Sequence record: NC_031927.1
Length of the DNA stretch: 64,000 bases
Strand: one strand, 5' to 3'
Positions within the stretch are counted from its first letter, which is position 1, and the number at the start of each line of letters is the position of its first letter. Below, one piece after another: positions 60,865 to 64,000 of this stretch. The notes beneath the pieces are model-generated. The model saw only the letters and a program-made list of their open reading frames with translations. It was not told the origin of the DNA and did not search any database. A program made the translations under genes and the position numbers.

Positions 60865-60931
60865 ACTGGCACAAGCTCCCTAGCGGGAGCTCCCCCAGCT
60901 GCTACAATTGATTCATACCAAAGGAACCACA

Positions 60932-61501
60932 ATGAACACCTTTCTGACCTCCTCATTCCAAAACGTTCGCTCTTCAAAGCGTACTGACGAACTCCACACC
61001 GTCTTGCTAGCTGAGGTACTGGAAGCTAACCCCCAGTGGGCAGGCTACGACTGGCAGTTCGAATACCGCCTTCCCGTTGACGGCTTCGGTGGAACCTTTG
61101 ATATTGATATCGCCGGTTTCGTCAACGGTGAGCTGAAGGTGGCTGTCCTGGCTAAGGCAATGAACTCAAACGTCAATAAGAATATCAAAAACTACGCTAA
61201 CACCACCATTGGCGAAGCTGCCCGTCTGACCTATGCCCCTGGCTTAGACCTCGAGGCTGTGCTCTTCGTTTCAGTCCTTCCCCGCACTGCCCCCCGCTTC
61301 AATAAGGCAGGCGAGGTTGTGGGACTTGACAACGTGCTAAGCGCTAAGGCTCGCACCAACATCGGCAATATCATCGAAGCTCAGTACGGTGGGCTGGTTC
61401 AGGTCATCGACCTATTCTTCGATATCGACAATATCTCAGAGATGCTGACCTCTGCCGACTTTCAAACTATCACCGTATCGAACGTCGATAAGGTGAGCTA
61501 A
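60932..61501 (+). CDS. Array cassette gene, PD-(D/E)xK restriction-nuclease-like protein
   Basis: E...D..GGTFDIDIA...AVLAK..NSN..KN..NY...GE; track start 60908 lies in the repeat. Confidence 0.5.
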   Translation: MNTFLTSSFQNVRSSKRTDELHTVLLAEVLEANPQWAGYDWQFEYRLPVDGFGGTFDIDIAGFVNGELKVAVLAKAMNSNVNKNIKNYANTTIGEAARLTYAPGLDLEAVLFVSVLPRTAPRFNKAGEVVGLDNVLSAKARTNIGNIIEAQYGGLVQVIDLFFDIDNISEMLTSADFQTITVSNVDKVS

Positions 61502-61584
61502 GCCAATTGAGCCACTGGCACAGGGAGCCTAGCAGGGCTCCCCCCAGCTGCTACAATTGATTCATACCAAACAAAGGAACTCAA

Positions 61585-61863
61585 ATGAAAATCTCACTCG
61601 ATCAGCAAGTCGCTCAACTCGCAGCCGAAGGTCATCAAGAGATTGCAGTCATCAAACTCCCTAGTCAGGCAACCCGCAAGCGTCGCAAGCCTAGCAAGCG
61701 TCGCACTACCTCTACGAATGCGGTCAGCCAAACTGCCTACACTCAAACCGAGAGCCGCAACCTAGGCAAGATCAATTCAGCCTATGCGCGTCAGCATAGT
61801 GCCGATAGGAGGGCAGCAGCTCAACAGCGAGCAGCCGAGCTTAAAGGTCAGCCAATCTTCTAA
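61585..61863 (+). CDS. Array cassette gene, basic protein
   Basis: RKRRKPSKRR basic tract; ATG after element. Confidence 0.72.
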   Translation: MKISLDQQVAQLAAEGHQEIAVIKLPSQATRKRRKPSKRRTTSTNAVSQTAYTQTESRNLGKINSAYARQHSADRRAAAQQRAAELKGQPIF

Positions 61864-61933
61864 GAGGCACAAGGGGGCTAGGCAAGCCCCCACCAGCTGC
61901 TACAATTGATTCATACCAAACAAGGAACCCACA

Positions 61934-62383
61934 ATGGCTACTCTCAACTATTCACCCGCTCAGCAGACTCAACTCATTGAGTTCTATCAGCAATGGCTGC
62001 CTAGAGTCAATGCCTTTGGATACGACAATCTTCCCGATGGTTATCACACATACTACCGCCACGGCAAGAAGCTGGCTAAGGCAGCAGCAGCCGCTAAGGT
62101 AGCCGAAGCTAAAGCAGCTGCCCGTTCTATTCAGTGGACTGCCGAAGAATATGACGCGGTTGCTCTTGGCTACATCACATACGGCAAGAATGGATATAAG
62201 CAAGCAATCAAGGATTTTAGGTTAGTTAGCCAGCGTCACACAGACAACGCCATTAAGCTGGCAACCTACAGCTGTGCTCACCTTGATACCAAGTCAGACG
62301 TAGATGGATTAGCCGATTATGCCGAAGGTCTCCTAGACGCACTCAACGCAATTGAGCCTAAGCGATTCAAGGGCACCCGCTGA
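61934..62383 (+). CDS. Array cassette gene, hypothetical
   Basis: ATG after element. Confidence 0.78.
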   Translation: MATLNYSPAQQTQLIEFYQQWLPRVNAFGYDNLPDGYHTYYRHGKKLAKAAAAAKVAEAKAAARSIQWTAEEYDAVALGYITYGKNGYKQAIKDFRLVSQRHTDNAIKLATYSCAHLDTKSDVDGLADYAEGLLDALNAIEPKRFKGTR

Positions 62384-62454
62384 TTTCCCCTAGGGGCTAG
62401 CCACCTAGCCCCGATCTATGCTACAATTCATTCATACCAAACCAGGAACCATCA

Positions 62455-62673
62455 ATGCCTTTCTCACCTGCCTGCCGCCTTTCAGACCAGACCCGCGTAT
62501 GGGTTGAGCGCTCAATCTATGAAGGGTGCGATTGGCAAATCGAAAAGCACTTTGGACCAGCACAAGGGCAAGACGCCCAGACCATTGCCGCTCGCTTCGC
62601 TGCTACGTATGGGGATGAGGGCAAGACGATGAGCCTAGCTAACCCCTGCAGCGGAATCAGAGCCGAAGATTGA
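62455..62673 (+). CDS. Array cassette gene, hypothetical
   Basis: ATG after element. Confidence 0.7.
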   Translation: MPFSPACRLSDQTRVWVERSIYEGCDWQIEKHFGPAQGQDAQTIAARFAATYGDEGKTMSLANPCSGIRAED

Positions 62674-62741
62674 TCAGCCAAGGGGGTTGACGGATCAGCC
62701 CTCTATGGTCTACAATTCATTCATACCAAACAAGGGAACCG

Positions 62742-62948
62742 ATGACGACTCTTCACTCTATCGAAAATCTCACAGCCGAGCTCGACCGCCTAGAGGGAAT
62801 CAAGAATCGCCTAGCAGGGCTGATCGTAGACCTTAAGCTCACCAACCCAGACTCACTATTCATCGGACTCTATCAGGACCGCCTCAAGTTCAATGTTCTC
62901 CCAGCCATCAAGATCACCAAGGGCTACATTCTCAAGACCAGCAACTGA
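62742..62948 (+). CDS. Array cassette gene, hypothetical
   Basis: ATG after element. Confidence 0.72.
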   Translation: MTTLHSIENLTAELDRLEGIKNRLAGLIVDLKLTNPDSLFIGLYQDRLKFNVLPAIKITKGYILKTSN

Positions 62949-63018
62949 CCAGCCAAGGGGGTTGACGGATCAGCCCCCTATGGTCTACAATTCATTCATA
63001 CCAAACAAGGCAACCCAA

Positions 63019-63111
63019 ATGGACCCCATCTCATTCGCAATCGGTATGGTCGGCGCAGCTCTGGTCGGTATCGTCAACGCCGAGCTGATCAAAGCAAACA
63101 ATAAAGATTGA
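63019..63111 (+). CDS. Array cassette gene, 30-aa single-TM peptide
   Basis: MDPISFAIGMVGAALVGIVNAELIKANNKD after element. Confidence 0.65.
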   Translation: MDPISFAIGMVGAALVGIVNAELIKANNKD

Positions 63112-63429
63112 TCAGCCCAGCTCATCCCACTCAATCAAAACTTTTTTTCAAATGACTCCTTCCATCTTTATCGACACTGAGAACAGCTCAACAGCCGTTG
63201 ATGCCATCGTGCTCACCCCCCGTAGAGTTCAGTTCGCTTGGGCATCTGGTTCCGTCTCCGCTCACACCGTCCGCCTCCGCGATCAAGTGAGATTCTACGT
63301 TCGCCACTTGATGATGGATGAGGCTTTGAGCTACGGGCAATGGGCAAACTTCGTTCTAGATGAGCAGCTCTGACCCCTAGGCATCCTGCCCCATCCGTGC
63401 TACAATTCACTCAAGTCAATCAACCGACA

Positions 63430-63618
63430 ATGCTCAACATCACAGCCGACCAGAATGGAACCATCTCTTGGCAAGAGGCTCTCCGCTTCGTGAATGAGGC
63501 AGCAGCTGATCAGCGCAACTTCCTCATCCGTGATTTCTTACAGTCTGCTTACGCTGGATTGAGAGGAGAGAGAATCGACCTAGGTGAGCTCAACGTCTGG
63601 ATCACAGAGAACAGCTGA
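63430..63618 (+). CDS. Last array gene, hypothetical
   Basis: ATG after a degenerate element; followed by terminator. Confidence 0.7.
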   Translation: MLNITADQNGTISWQEALRFVNEAAADQRNFLIRDFLQSAYAGLRGERIDLGELNVWITENS

Positions 63619-63626
63619 ATCACACA

Positions 63627-63650
63627 GCCTCCCGCAAGGGGGGCTTTTTT
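63627..63650 (+). terminator. Terminator closing the cassette array
   Basis: GCCTCCC-GCAA-GGGGGGC then T6. Confidence 0.85.
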
Positions 63651-64000
63651 AATGCGTGCGTGTCAACAGTGATCGTTCGTGATAGGACAGTGCTATCCAT
63701 TCGTGCGTTGAGGACAGTGATATGGCGTTGCGATCCATCGATGGTGGGCGGCGTTACCCCGTATATAAAAAGTACCTTCTATCTAAGCTATAAAAGTAAA
63801 GATCGACCTATACTTATCGCTATTTAAAAAATTCTCCCAGATATTCTATGGACCCCAGAGTTGGCTCAGAGTTGCCTCAGAATACTCAGTGCCCCCCAGA
63901 GTTGTCTCTATATTATACCACACTTCTTAAATATTCCCCCATAAAAAAATCCCCCAGGTATTCAATACCCCTAGGAGATGATTATTATTATCTTGATAAC

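Larger units (their letters stand above)
55196..63430 (+). repeat. Array of about 20 intergenic dyad + hairpin + -10 + RBS elements, most heading one short gene
   Basis: Recurrent CCA(C/G)TT-N4-5-AA(C/G)TG(T/G/A)C(C)AC, GC hairpin, TA(C/T)A(A/C)T, then ATTCATACCAAACAAAGGAAC or ATCACATCAACACA before an ATG. Confidence 0.95.

Noticed and set aside
55196-63430. CRISPR array
   Set aside because: Inter-repeat segments are roughly 100-600 nt, vary in length and are intact ORFs; the repeats contain -10 boxes and RBSs; no cas genes seen
55196-63430. Classical integron
   Set aside because: No tyrosine recombinase in the window, and each cassette has its own promoter, unlike most attC cassettes; kept only as an analogy
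1-64000. tRNA/rRNA genes and photosynthesis genes (psbA, psbD, hli)
   Set aside because: No cloverleaf or T-loop signature and no such protein motifs recognised by eye; tRNAscan-SE and HMM scans would confirm

Overview
This 64-kb window is part of a T4-like cyanobacterial myovirus genome (marine Synechococcus/Prochlorococcus phage type; no host name can be read from the sequence). From 1 to 28.6 kb it holds gp32 and a late structural module: head-completion gp4, baseplate/tail genes (gp54-like, gp48, gp53, gp26, gp51, tape-measure/hub-like pair, gp27-like, split gp5), two GAT-rich collagen-like fibres, two GT4 glycosyltransferases, a 2OG-Fe(II) oxygenase, a 1958-aa fibre with a collar domain and another structural protein. 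From 28.6 to 53.7 kb is an accessory region of small + strand ORFs: two SF2 helicases, a CP12-like micro-protein, a type IV pilin pair, an inverted tail-collar gene, a deaminase, a nuclease-helicase plus two-part methyltransferase locus with a second methyltransferase pair, a beta-class MTase, a GNAT, a ligase-like protein and a GIY-YIG/NUMOD gene. From 53.7 to 55.2 kb is an ORF-poor repetitive interval between two convergent sigma70-like promoters. From 55.2 to 63.6 kb is an array of about 20 copies of a dyad + hairpin + -10 + RBS element, most followed by one short gene; about 13 more copies are dispersed upstream. No tRNA, rRNA, CRISPR-cas, integrase or reverse transcriptase was recognised. 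All product calls come from motif recognition by eye; no searches were run.
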